Notes: generated by a model not told the origin, from the letters alone. A DNA stretch of 64,000 nucleotides from an uncultured Bacilli bacterium (GCA_947589735.1 CANQCR010000001.1:95809-159808), one strand, 5' to 3'. Counted from the first letter of the stretch, positions 47,224-57,077 are shown. Program-made: numbers and translations.

Positions 47224-48208
47224 CCGTTACCTCCAAACTAATGGCATGACTAATACTTGGAATAGATAATTTTTGATTGACCATCGCTGGAGATAATAAG
47301 GCACCGGTCGCTACTAATAAAACCCGGGTAATTTTACCTTCCAGCATTTTTTTATAAACATAACTATTAAAAACAAGAGGCATACAAGCCGGTCCACTAC
47401 CACCTGCAAAAACCGGTTGATGATTTAGGTCATAAATCATACACGCGGTATCATCATAATTATCTAACTCCATATTATATTCACTTTTCATATAGTCAAC
47501 CAATATTCTTTTACCATAAATACCTAGGTCCCCTGTTAAAATTAAATCATAATAATTAGGTTCTCTTTTTAATGATGTCAAATGATCATAAATCGTACTA
47601 GCCGCACTAGGAGCCATAACCGCTCCCATATTCATCGAATCAGTTATTCCTAAATCGATAACCCGACCAATCGTCGCACTTTCTACTTTTATCTGACTAG
47701 GTTTAGTTGAAATGAGAAAGCTAGCCGCACCCGTTGTCGTAAAAGTTGAGGTCTTTCTTTTAGGCCCACCATATTCAACTGGTTGCCGGAATTGTTTTTC
47801 AGCGCCATTGGTGTGTGATGAGGTTGAAATAAGACAGTTTCTAATTTCATCTTTATCAACCATATTGCTACCGATAATAAGTCCTAAAACGCTCGTTGAA
47901 CAGGCTGAATAAATACCAATTAATGGTATTCCAATCGATGCACTCGCATAATTAGTTGAAACAATTTGATTAAGTAAATCACCCGAAATATGTAAATCAA
48001 TATCGTTTCTTAACTTATTCGTTTTATATAAAACCATATCAACACTATCAACAAGCATTCGACACTCCGCCTGTTCCCATGTCTTTGTTCCACAATAAAA
48101 GTCATTATAAACTTTATCATAATAGCGACCAAATGGTCCTTTACTCTCATATGGTCCAGCAATGGTACTTACTTCATTTAAATAGACATTACTATATTTA
48201 AAAGTCAT
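47210..48208 (-). CDS. spoVAD: Stage V sporulation protein AD
   Basis: WEQAE, GDLLNQ, YSACST, EKQFR.P.EYG, TGDLG, GGSGPAC, ATGALLSP. Confidence 0.93.
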   Translation of the reverse strand: MTFKYSNVYLNEVSTIAGPYESKGPFGRYYDKVYNDFYCGTKTWEQAECRMLVDSVDMVLYKTNKLRNDIDLHISGDLLNQIVSTNYASASIGIPLIGIYSACSTSVLGLIIGSNMVDKDEIRNCLISTSSHTNGAEKQFRQPVEYGGPKRKTSTFTTTGAASFLISTKPSQIKVESATIGRVIDLGITDSMNMGAVMAPSAASTIYDHLTSLKREPNYYDLILTGDLGIYGKRILVDYMKSEYNMELDNYDDTACMIYDLNHQPVFAGGSGPACMPLVFNSYVYKKMLEGKITRVLLVATGALLSPAMVNQKLSIPSISHAISLEVTDDIL

Positions 48209-48209
48209 C

Positions 48210-48650
48210 TTAGCCTCCCATAATTAAATAGCGAAGTAACCCAAAAAAATAGGCACTTACTACCCCACACATAATAACCGTTCCGGCAAGTTTAAACATA
48301 TTAGCGCCCATTCCGGTAACGATACCCTCTTTTTTATATTCTAAAGTAGCGCTCATCATCGAATGTGCAAAACCAGTAATGGGTATAATTAACCCACAAC
48401 GCGCAAAAGATACCATCTTATCAAAAAATCCTAAGCAAGTTAAAAAACACCCTAGAAAAACTAAAGTAATAATCATAATCGTACTTGCTTCTTTCGTTGG
48501 AATACTAAATAGATAACTATAGATATCTACTAAAAATTGACCTAAAACACCAACGAGCCCACCGACGATAAAGGCAATTAAACCATTATACAAGCGATTC
48601 TCTTTCGGGCAATGTTTATCGACCAATGCTTTATATTTATTTTTATCCAT
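48210..48650 (-). CDS. spoVAC: Stage V sporulation protein AC
   Basis: AFIVGG....GQ, IPITGFAHS, EYKKEG...G.GANMFKLAG.V. Confidence 0.92.
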   Translation of the reverse strand: MDKNKYKALVDKHCPKENRLYNGLIAFIVGGLVGVLGQFLVDIYSYLFSIPTKEASTIMIITLVFLGCFLTCLGFFDKMVSFARCGLIIPITGFAHSMMSATLEYKKEGIVTGMGANMFKLAGTVIMCGVVSAYFFGLLRYLIMGG

Positions 48651-48666
48651 AAATGCCTCCTATTTC

Positions 48667-48696
48667 TATTATGATTTAGACAAGCTCTTTTTATAC
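48667..48696 (-). promoter_or_regulatory. SigG-type promoter for spoVA
   Basis: GTATA-18-CATAATA, matching the forespore SigG consensus; spoVA is a known SigG target. Confidence 0.75.
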
Positions 48697-48745
48697 TTTT
48701 AAAAACATTTATGTAATTATATGTTATAATGGTTAGGGTGAGAAA

Positions 48746-49318
48746 ATGATTGAACATATAAAAGAACTAACTAAAATGTATGAAGTCACTAAGGAAGAAA
48801 AAGTAGATAGCATAAAAGCCGCTTTTTTAGCAATTGAAACTAATAAATACTATCTAAGTAATGGTGAGGTTATCACAAGAGACGTCTTAATCAAACCGGT
48901 TGACCGCGCAGCTATTATCATCCCGAGGACAAAAGATGGTAAATACGTTATGGTTATGCAAACAAGAGTAGCCACGAAAAACAAAGTTGCTGTTGAATTT
49001 CCGGCCGGACTTATTGAAAATGATGAAGATATCGTTAAAGGTATGAAACGCGAATTAAAAGAAGAAACTGGCTATGAAACGGATAAAGTTGATTTACTGA
49101 TGGAATATTACTCGGATACTGGCGCAACTAAAACAACAGTAACTTTAGGATTTGCTGATAACTGTAAAAAAGTTAGTGATCAAAAGTTAGATGAAGATGA
49201 GTTTGTTTCCTTTTTTGAAGTAACAGTTGAAGAAATGGAAGAACTTATTAAAGAAGGATTAATTGTTGATGGCAATACTATGTTTAGTATTGAACTAATT
49301 AAGAATAGATACCAATAG
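48746..49318 (+). CDS. Nudix hydrolase, ADP-ribose pyrophosphatase-like
   Basis: EFPAGLIE...KRELKEETG Nudix box; LDEDEF. Confidence 0.85.
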   Translation: MIEHIKELTKMYEVTKEEKVDSIKAAFLAIETNKYYLSNGEVITRDVLIKPVDRAAIIIPRTKDGKYVMVMQTRVATKNKVAVEFPAGLIENDEDIVKGMKRELKEETGYETDKVDLLMEYYSDTGATKTTVTLGFADNCKKVSDQKLDEDEFVSFFEVTVEEMEELIKEGLIVDGNTMFSIELIKNRYQ

Positions 49319-49378
49319 TATCTATTTTTATTGCCTTTTAAAGTTTTTTTAACTATAATACTTACCACAGGTGATTAG

Positions 49379-50089
49379 ATGAGCATCGAAATAAATCATA
49401 GTTATCCACCAAATGACATTGAAGATATGGAAGCTAAATTATCCTTATTAGATTTATATGATAATTTTCTTCATAATCCTTTACCTAACGCATTAAATGA
49501 GGATGAATTCATTAGATTTTCTAGCAAGGGAAAATGGATTAGCCAAGATGATAAGTCATATCAACTAATTTGTGAAAGAAAGAGGGAGCTAAGATACCGC
49601 GTATCAGAAAAAGGTAAGTTTTACTTTAATATCTGTCCCTTTCATAATAGTCAATATGAAACTTATGACTTTATGATCGATCCTAAGACCAATCAATTTT
49701 ATTGTTATGGGTGTCATAAGAAAGGTTCTGTTTTTTCATTTATCCAAAATGCTTACCATCTAACACCATTAGAGACAGTTCAAGTAATAAAGCAAATTAT
49801 AACATCCAACCAAAGTAATCCTAATAGGATTATACCAACCAATCATTATTCCCCTAAAGTTATAGCTATCTTTAAACATCTAACGACAAGAGAAAATAGT
49901 TCTATATATTTTGATTATGCTCAAAAGAGGATTAAAGAGTTAAATATAAAAATAGATAACTACCTTCACTTCTTGATGGGTAAGCATAAATTATATCCCC
50001 TTTCTGATGACAAAATAATCAAGATAGCAAATAGACTTTGTGTTAGCAAACAATTAGTAAAAAAACATTTAAACAATTTTCAAGGATAA
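49379..50089 (+). CDS. Stand-alone CHC2 (primase-type) zinc-finger protein
   Basis: CPFH...F.CYGC...G.VFSFI; no TOPRIM; possible C-terminal HTH. Confidence 0.7.
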   Translation: MSIEINHSYPPNDIEDMEAKLSLLDLYDNFLHNPLPNALNEDEFIRFSSKGKWISQDDKSYQLICERKRELRYRVSEKGKFYFNICPFHNSQYETYDFMIDPKTNQFYCYGCHKKGSVFSFIQNAYHLTPLETVQVIKQIITSNQSNPNRIIPTNHYSPKVIAIFKHLTTRENSSIYFDYAQKRIKELNIKIDNYLHFLMGKHKLYPLSDDKIIKIANRLCVSKQLVKKHLNNFQG

Positions 50090-50148
50090 AATAAAAATAC
50101 TTTATTTTTTCTTTTTTTTATGTTATAATCCTAGATGTATGACAAATT

Positions 50149-50224
50149 GTCTCCTTAGCTCAGTTGGTAGAGCAACAGACTCTTAATCTGTGGGTCTAGG
50201 GTTCGAGCCCCTAAGGGGACACCA
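50149..50224 (+). tRNA. tRNA-Lys(CUU)
   Basis: Full cloverleaf; anticodon arm ACAGA-CT-CTT-AA-TCTGT, TTCGA T-loop, encoded CCA. Confidence 0.95.
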
Positions 50225-50341
50225 TATTTTGATAACGAAGCCTTGTATTATAAGGCTTTTATTGTTTTTAAAGGGAAAAGTCGCCGTTTTTATCATAAAA
50301 ATGTAAATATAAATTGCGATAATTTTAATCAATATTTGACA

Positions 50342-50368
50342 AAAACAAGACCAAAACAAGACCAAAAC
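50342..50368. repeat. 11-bp direct repeat (AAAACAAGACC x2 plus partial copy) downstream of tRNA-Lys
   Basis: aaaacaagacc aaaacaagacc aaaac seen directly. Confidence 0.75.
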
Positions 50369-50477
50369 TAAATACCATTAATTACGGTCAAACAATAAAG
50401 CCAGTCATTTTTTTGACTAGCTCATTAAATGTATAAAAAACTAGTTCAAGTCAACTAGTTTTTTTAGCGCTTTTTTA

Positions 50478-51317
50478 TCAGTTCTTTTTGAGTTTGCCAG
50501 CTTTTAGTAAGTTTAATAACTTGGTATTTTGACTAGCTGTTCCCCGGTAATCCACAATACCATTATCTTTAGCAATAACTTTACGATTATCAAATGAACT
50601 ATCAACGCCGATACTTTTTAAGGCATCAACTAAAGATGGACCATCATAATCCGGGATATCATAGTATTCATCTTCTTTAATGAAACCATTTAATCCCCGA
50701 TCCAACATTATTTTAGGATAGTCTTTATAGGCATAATCTTTATCACAATCAACTCCGGCAATCTCCCTACTCTTTCCACCAGCAAATTGCCACATACCAC
50801 CTTTAGGAAAACGGGGACGAATACTTGACCAATCAGCTACCCATTTATCATAACGCTCTAACTCTTTTGTTTCAATATAATTACGAAACCAATTAACTGA
50901 AGCATAGATAATAACGTAATAACCTTTATCTTCTAAATATTCAGAGAAGCCTTTAATCGCATCAGTTATCGCTCTTTTACCAGCCGGACGTTGATAGATA
51001 TTATCTTCAACATCAATGGCAATCGGATAAGCAAACTTTTTACCTCTTAGACATGTCTCATACATAAATCTCGCTTCATCACGGCCTCGTTCATAACTGG
51101 TTGCTCTAGAATACCAATAGGCTCCAACTGGTATACCTACTTCGCTAGCATGACGATAATTTTCTTCAAATCTAGGATCGATATTTTTAGATACACCATT
51201 ATCTCTTCCGGTATAACCAGCTCTTAAGATAGCAAAGCGAACACCCTCTTCTTTAGCTAAACGAAAATTAAAGTCACCTTGAAACTCAGATATATCTACG
51301 CCAAATGTCTGATTCAT
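50478..51317 (-). CDS. GH25 lysozyme/muramidase with endolysin-like C-terminal domain
   Basis: GVDISEFQG, GAYWYS, AIDVE, WVADW, WQF; C-terminal SLVDALK..G.DSSF..R...A...GI..Y.GTA.QN..LL. Confidence 0.88.
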   Translation of the reverse strand: MNQTFGVDISEFQGDFNFRLAKEEGVRFAILRAGYTGRDNGVSKNIDPRFEENYRHASEVGIPVGAYWYSRATSYERGRDEARFMYETCLRGKKFAYPIAIDVEDNIYQRPAGKRAITDAIKGFSEYLEDKGYYVIIYASVNWFRNYIETKELERYDKWVADWSSIRPRFPKGGMWQFAGGKSREIAGVDCDKDYAYKDYPKIMLDRGLNGFIKEDEYYDIPDYDGPSLVDALKSIGVDSSFDNRKVIAKDNGIVDYRGTASQNTKLLNLLKAGKLKKN

Positions 51318-51437
51318 AATAACCTCCTTTCAACTTATCATATTCAAATATAGTAAGCCTACGAAGTTATAAGACACAAAAAAAGACACTACAATGTCTT
51401 TTATAAAAAATTAAACCCATAGGTTAATTTACATAAT

Positions 51438-51513
51438 TGGTGACCCGTACGGGATTTGAACCCATAAATGCATGCGTGAAAGGCATGTGTGTTAACCGTT
51501 TCACCAACGGGCC
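51438..51513 (-). tRNA. tRNA-Glu(UUC)
   Basis: Cloverleaf; CATGC-CT-TTC-AC-GCATG; CCA end. Confidence 0.95.
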
Positions 51514-51517
51514 ATAA

Positions 51518-51594
<77 letters not shown>

Positions 51595-51733
51595 AATTAA
51601 CAAACTTTTGTCAATGACTATTCAAGTATACCCTATTTTTAAACTTTTGGCAATACCTTTTAGTCATTTTTTTAGATTTACTTTATGAAAAAGATTATCT
51701 AATATAACAAAAAAAGATTTTAAATCAAAATCT

Positions 51734-52264
51734 TTATATTTGGTTTCCAAACTCTACCGTTGGATCAAAAGTATAATTTCCTTTATATTTTTTAATATCG
51801 CGTCCACTCGCTGCCATAATCGCTAAAAAGTCAATTTGTTTAGGACTATAATTAGGGTCAGCTAGTAAGCTTATATCAACTTCCATCTTATGCGCTACGA
51901 CTAATGACTTTAATTGATCAATGGTATACTTATAAGGATCAACCATCGGTAAATTATCCTTTACATATTGTTCATAATAATTTGTTACTTCAGGACTATA
52001 GCCATCACTTCGATGATCATTAATAGGCTCCATTTCGGCTATTGATGGCATCTCTTCATAAAGAACGACTTCTTCCCCATTCTCATTTTTATAGACAACT
52101 TTTAAAGGTGGCGCTACATAATCAGTTACTTTCGTATCACCAATCAAATTTTTTCTTGCCATCTCATAAGCATCAGCATAAGATAATTCAGGTTTTTCCT
52201 TCATTAAATTAAGTGCCACACTACGGATATCATCAACTAATTCAATATTATGTTTATTTGCCAT
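51734..52264 (-). CDS. Hypothetical protein
   Basis: AGGAG RBS before MANKHN; C-terminal QL....VDISLLADPNYS.KQI segment. Confidence 0.55.
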   Translation of the reverse strand: MANKHNIELVDDIRSVALNLMKEKPELSYADAYEMARKNLIGDTKVTDYVAPPLKVVYKNENGEEVVLYEEMPSIAEMEPINDHRSDGYSPEVTNYYEQYVKDNLPMVDPYKYTIDQLKSLVVAHKMEVDISLLADPNYSPKQIDFLAIMAASGRDIKKYKGNYTFDPTVEFGNQI

Positions 52265-52268
52265 ATCT

Positions 52269-52721
52269 CTACTCCTTATAATTACATTTACCACAACATT
52301 TCATACTAATAGGAATGATGCGGTTACAACCAGGACACTTTTTAATATGTGCCATATTATGTTCATAAAAACAATCTTTATGGCGGTATAAATAGATAAG
52401 ATTAGGAATAAACCATACCAAAATACCAACCACAAAGGCAATTACCATAACCATTAGATTAGGGGCATTGCGATATATCTCATAACTCATAATTAATAAG
52501 ACATACACCATAAGTAAGTAATACGCGGGTTTCTTTCTTTTAAATGCAAAGAGGAAAGTCACCACACTAAAAAGAAAAATAATGATAGTTAAAATAAGAT
52601 TTAAAATATCTATTTTATGCATTAATAACTTAGATATTGTTAGTGTCGATGTAAGAATATAAAAAGGGATTAGAACAATTGTCAAAAAATCTAACCAAAT
52701 TGTTGATTTTATTTTCTTCAT
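52269..52721 (-). CDS. Four-TM membrane protein with C-terminal zinc ribbon
   Basis: Hydrophobic helices; CPGC...CCGKC. Confidence 0.6.
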   Translation of the reverse strand: MKKIKSTIWLDFLTIVLIPFYILTSTLTISKLLMHKIDILNLILTIIIFLFSVVTFLFAFKRKKPAYYLLMVYVLLIMSYEIYRNAPNLMVMVIAFVVGILVWFIPNLIYLYRHKDCFYEHNMAHIKKCPGCNRIIPISMKCCGKCNYKE

Positions 52722-52785
52722 CGTATCACCCTATTCTTAAATTAGTATAACACAATTTTAACAAAAGAAAAAGAACTTATCGTTC

Positions 52786-53499
52786 TTATATATTAACATT
52801 ATGATATACTTGTTGAACATCTTCAACGGTATCAAGTAAAGCTAATAGTTTATTAAATGTTTCAAGATCATCACCCGTTAAGTCCATTTTATCTTTAGCA
52901 ATCCAAGTTATTTCATCAATATCAAAGTCAACAGTTGGAAGTTTTGCTTCAATAGCTTTTTTAATATCATATAAATCGGTTGGTTTTCCGTATACTAAAA
53001 CGCATTCGTCTTCAACTTCAATATCATCGATATCAACGCCAGCTTCAATTAAAGCTTCAAGGGTATCTTCTTCGGATAGACCTTTAAAACCAACAACACA
53101 GACATTATCATACATATAACTAACACTATTCATAGCTCCTAGTTTGGTATGTGTCTTATTGATGACAGCTCTAATATCACTAACAGTTCTATTTAAATTA
53201 TCCGTAAGACAATCAACAATTAAAGTTGAACCACCTGGTCCAAATATTTCATATTTGGTGTTTTCATATGATTCATCCGCACCACTATTAACTTTATCAA
53301 TAGCTCTTTTAATAATATCAGCTGGAACTTGATCTTTTTTAGCCTTTTCAACTAATCTTTTAAGTGACGCATTTGCATCTAAACTTGTTCCACCCATCTT
53401 GGCAGCTTGATAAATTTCCCGAGCGTACATTGAATATAATTTTCCTTTAGCTGCACCATTCTTTTGCTTACTAGCAGCTATATTAGGGTATCTTCCCAT
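52786..53499 (-). CDS. yebC: YebC/PmpR-family protein
   Basis: IKRAIDK, YE..GPGG, CLTDN.NRT, EDVQ.VYHN. Confidence 0.93.
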   Translation of the reverse strand: MGRYPNIAASKQKNGAAKGKLYSMYAREIYQAAKMGGTSLDANASLKRLVEKAKKDQVPADIIKRAIDKVNSGADESYENTKYEIFGPGGSTLIVDCLTDNLNRTVSDIRAVINKTHTKLGAMNSVSYMYDNVCVVGFKGLSEEDTLEALIEAGVDIDDIEVEDECVLVYGKPTDLYDIKKAIEAKLPTVDFDIDEITWIAKDKMDLTGDDLETFNKLLALLDTVEDVQQVYHNVNI

Positions 53500-53556
53500 A
53501 AAGCACCTCTTTCTCGTTTTATTTTAACATACTAATTCATCTTTAACAACCACTAA

Positions 53557-54225
53557 TTAATGATTACCATCTTGAGCTTTCTTTAAAGCTTCTTTAGCCG
53601 CTAATTGTTCAGCTTCTTTCTTACTTTTAGCAACGCCTACGCCGTAGACGATATCATCAATCTTAACAGCGATTTCAAACGTTTTATCATGAGCTGGACC
53701 CGACTCCTTTACAAGTTCATAATTAAGGCTTTTACGATCCGTTTGAACAAACTCTTGTAAAACCGATTTATAGTCCTCAACTAAATCAACCTTATGATCT
53801 TTAATTAAAGGTATCACACGTTCATAGATAAATCCTCTTACAACTTCAAAACCACAATCTAAAAACATCGCACCAACAAATGATTCAAAAATATCGGCCA
53901 CAATCGTTTTATTGTGTCTACCATCACGTTCTTCTTCGCCTTTACCTAATTTTAAATAGGCATTTAAACCTAGTAAAGATGAATATTCATATAAAGCATT
54001 CTCACAAACATAACTGCTTCTTAACTTGGTCATTTTACCTTCAGCATAATCTGTTACCTTGTATAAATATTCACTGATAATAAGTTCTAAAACAGCGTCG
54101 CCTAAATATTCTAAACGCTCATAACTTTCTGTTTTCATTTCATTAGCATATGAAGTATGTGTAAAAGCTTGTTCATATAGCTCTATTTTATGATATGGAA
54201 TACCTAAATCTTTTAGTATCTGCAT
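53557..54225 (-). CDS. rnc: Ribonuclease III
   Basis: AFTHTSY, ERLEYLGDAVL, ADIFESFVGA, dsRBD DYKS.LQE..GPAH..SKKEAEQ.AA. Confidence 0.96.
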   Translation of the reverse strand: MQILKDLGIPYHKIELYEQAFTHTSYANEMKTESYERLEYLGDAVLELIISEYLYKVTDYAEGKMTKLRSSYVCENALYEYSSLLGLNAYLKLGKGEEERDGRHNKTIVADIFESFVGAMFLDCGFEVVRGFIYERVIPLIKDHKVDLVEDYKSVLQEFVQTDRKSLNYELVKESGPAHDKTFEIAVKIDDIVYGVGVAKSKKEAEQLAAKEALKKAQDGNH

Positions 54226-54330
54226 AGTTCCTCCTTTCACAAGAATTATATCAAAAAAAATTGGGAAGCACAACCGCGGGTGGGGTTTATTTTTTAGTTA
54301 ACTTCTAGTATAATGATAGTGGTGTTTCTA

Positions 54331-54561
54331 ATGAAATATGTATTAATTAAATTAATAAAATGGTATCAATTAATGCCGATTTCTTGGCATAACTATTGTA
54401 GACATATTCCAACATGTTCTAATTATGCCATTGAAGCAATTGAATATTATGGCGCCTTCAAGGGTTCTATTTTAGCGCTAAAGCGTATTTTAAGATGTAA
54501 CCCTTTAGGAACATCAGGGTATGATCCCCTTATAAAGGAGAAATGTAATGAAAAAGTTTAA
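54331..54561 (+). CDS. yidD: Membrane protein insertion efficiency factor YidD
   Basis: [15 protein letters not shown]...G, RILRCNP...GYDP. Confidence 0.92.
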   Translation: MKYVLIKLIKWYQLMPISWHNYCRHIPTCSNYAIEAIEYYGAFKGSILALKRILRCNPLGTSGYDPLIKEKCNEKV

Positions 54562-55411
54562 AATATTATTAACGCTCATCCTCATCATTTTCTTAAGTGG
54601 CTGTTTTGGCAATACTTCGATGGTCGATATTGAAATTAAAACAACCGCCTACCCAATCGAATATGTAACCGAAAGACTATATGGCGAGTATTCTAATATA
54701 ACAAGTCTTTATCCTAATGGCATGGATCCGGGATACGTTGTTAGTGATAAATTGTTAAATGATTATAGTAGCGCTAACTTATTTATTTTTAATAGTAGTG
54801 AGAATAACGAAAATGATTATATGTATAAGATGTCTAAAAAAAATAAAGGCTTAAAAATCATTAATGCGACAAGAGGACTTCCTAATACATATGGTATGGA
54901 AGAATTATGGCTTGACCCTATTAATCTTTTAACAATTGCGAATAACATTAAAAAAGGTTTTGAAGAGTATACTAATACAGCTTATGTCTTAGAACATATC
55001 AATAGTGAATATGATAAATTGAAAGTTGAACTTATCCAGTTAAATGCCGATTATGATGAGATGGCGGAACGGGCTAATAACAAAACCATCATCGTCGGAA
55101 GTGATCTTTTCTTATATCTTAAAAAATATGGCCTTGATGTCATCTCCCTTGAAGATAATGAGAATCTAACTAAAAAAACGATTCATGATGCGACCGATTT
55201 AGTCAAAAATAAACAAATTAAAACGATTTATATCCCTAAAGGGACTGAGGCCAATAGCTATATTAATGACTTAAAGAAAAATTATGGCGTTGATGTTGTT
55301 GAACTAGATACACTATATACCTTAACGGAACAAGATCGTAAAGATAATAAAGATTATATGAGTATTATGTATAACAACTTAGAACTATTAAAACTTCAAT
55401 TATACAATTAA
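54548..55411 (+). CDS. ZnuA/AdcA-like (cluster A-I) solute-binding lipoprotein with degenerate metal site
   Basis: Lipobox [36 protein letters not shown]. Confidence 0.75.
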   Translation: MKKFKILLTLILIIFLSGCFGNTSMVDIEIKTTAYPIEYVTERLYGEYSNITSLYPNGMDPGYVVSDKLLNDYSSANLFIFNSSENNENDYMYKMSKKNKGLKIINATRGLPNTYGMEELWLDPINLLTIANNIKKGFEEYTNTAYVLEHINSEYDKLKVELIQLNADYDEMAERANNKTIIVGSDLFLYLKKYGLDVISLEDNENLTKKTIHDATDLVKNKQIKTIYIPKGTEANSYINDLKKNYGVDVVELDTLYTLTEQDRKDNKDYMSIMYNNLELLKLQLYN

Positions 55412-55418
55412 AGACGAG

Positions 55419-56597
55419 TTAACCTCGTCTTTTCTTTTTCTTCTTTCTTTTATGGGATAACCATAAGCCCATTATAAATAATAATACTATTAAAGCTATT
55501 CCCAAATAAATTAAATAGTATGGAGGAATAACAATAATCATCGCTGGTGTGACTAAAACATCTTCTTTATATAGTACCTCATCACCACAGGAAACGGTAA
55601 AAGTACCTAACTTATCCCCTACTTTCATCTCCTTAGTGATAGCTCGAAGGCCATCGTAATTTTCTTTAAAATCACAGTTAACTCTCATATACTTCACGAT
55701 ATCTTCTTTAATACTAACAGGATAAGAGATAACTTCATCATTAATTAGCGTAATATCTGTAATATTCGTATCTTTCTTTAAAACGAGACGCTCATCAAAA
55801 TTATTAAAATAATAGGTATATATCTCTTTAGCATCGTTATAATGATTATTCGGGTTATTATAAGGAGCACCTAAAGTAACTAATAAGTAACTTACATTAT
55901 TATGATGCGCAGTACTAGCAAAGCATAAACCAGCATCATAAGTAAACCCTGTCTTACTACCATCAATAAGACCTTTAACAATCTTAGATGTAGCTTTAGA
56001 TGCCTTAAAGGTATGTTTACCATTCGAAGTTATATATTCACTAGCTGTAAATATTGCTTTAAAAGTTTCATTTTGTAAAGCCACCTTTAGAAGCTCGGCA
56101 ACATCTTTAGCTGTTGAATAATTATTAGGGTTATCTAAGCCAACCGGATTAGCAAAACTTGTATTCGTAAGGCCTAATTCTTTTGCTTTAGCATTCATGG
56201 CTTTCGCAAAATTATCAATACTTCCCGCTGTACTGATGGCTAGAGCTTGGGCAGCCTCCGCACCAGATGGCAATAATAAGCCATATAATAAGTCCCGATA
56301 TGTGACTTTTTCTCCTAAAGTAAACCCGGCTTGATAGGCATTCTCTTCCCTTAAGGTCTTATACATATCGCTAGTCATTGTAACTTTAGCATCCAAGTCT
56401 TCAATATAATCTAATGATACTAAAGCCGTCATTATTTTAGTAAGACTTGCAATCGGTACGACATCTTCTTCATTTAAAGCGTATATAACACTATCATCAT
56501 TCATATTGTATAAGATAACATTTTTAGATTTTATATCAAGAGCCCAAGTGAAAGTTGGCCATAGAAGTAATAATATTAATAAACTAATCTTTTTCAT
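55419..56597 (-). CDS. D-alanyl-D-alanine carboxypeptidase (S11), C-terminally membrane-anchored
   Basis: ASLTKIMT (SxxK), PSGA in place of SxN, F.NPVGL, KTGFT..AG, C-terminal TM with basic tail. Confidence 0.88.
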   Translation of the reverse strand: MKKISLLILLLLWPTFTWALDIKSKNVILYNMNDDSVIYALNEEDVVPIASLTKIMTALVSLDYIEDLDAKVTMTSDMYKTLREENAYQAGFTLGEKVTYRDLLYGLLLPSGAEAAQALAISTAGSIDNFAKAMNAKAKELGLTNTSFANPVGLDNPNNYSTAKDVAELLKVALQNETFKAIFTASEYITSNGKHTFKASKATSKIVKGLIDGSKTGFTYDAGLCFASTAHHNNVSYLLVTLGAPYNNPNNHYNDAKEIYTYYFNNFDERLVLKKDTNITDITLINDEVISYPVSIKEDIVKYMRVNCDFKENYDGLRAITKEMKVGDKLGTFTVSCGDEVLYKEDVLVTPAMIIVIPPYYLIYLGIALIVLLFIMGLWLSHKRKKKKKRRG

Positions 56598-56913
56598 TTA
56601 TATTCCTCATCATATCATATTGTTTGTATAAATATTGAACACCATTTTCAAGCTTGAAATAATGCCGGACATAAGGTATTAAAAAAGCCATCAAAATTAG
56701 AGCAATAAAACGAAAAACCATAACTTTAAGAGAGACGATTAAACTGATAAATAATAGGATAGCATATGTTAAAGTTACAAAAAGATGAATTAAACGTTCG
56801 TGCTGAAAAAACTGAATCTTAATTAAATGTTCCTTAATTACTTCATCATCAATATGATAGTTTCTTATTTTATCATCAATTAAAGCAATATAATCATATA
56901 AATACTTTCGCAT
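56584..56913 (-). CDS. Conserved hypothetical two-TM protein
   Basis: FFQHERLIHL.VT, PY..HY..LEN.VQ; overlaps the dac start. Confidence 0.65.
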   Translation of the reverse strand: MRKYLYDYIALIDDKIRNYHIDDEVIKEHLIKIQFFQHERLIHLFVTLTYAILLFISLIVSLKVMVFRFIALILMAFLIPYVRHYFKLENGVQYLYKQYDMMRNINEKD

Positions 56914-56984
56914 CTTATCACCACTCTTATTATACTAAAAATTAATACAAATAAAAAGCCTTGAAACAGGGCTTATTATCTTAA

Positions 56985-57077
56985 TGGCGGAGCAGGCGAG
57001 ATTTGAACTCGCGCACCAGTTTCCCGGTCTACACCCTTAGCAGGGGCGCCTCTTCAGCCGAACTTGAGTACTACTCC
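56985..57077 (-). tRNA. tRNA-Ser(GCU)
   Basis: Cloverleaf with long variable arm; CGCCC-CT-GCT-AA-GGGTG; G73 and CCA. Confidence 0.93.

Noticed and set aside
50183-50365. 60-aa minus-strand ORF ending WCPLRGSNPRPTD
   Set aside because: This is the antisense translation of tRNA-Lys.
54255-54300. Short GC-rich tract GGGAAGCACAACCGCGGGTGGGG between rnc and yidD
   Set aside because: Conspicuous in AT-rich DNA, but I found no convincing stem, repeat or second copy; insufficient support.
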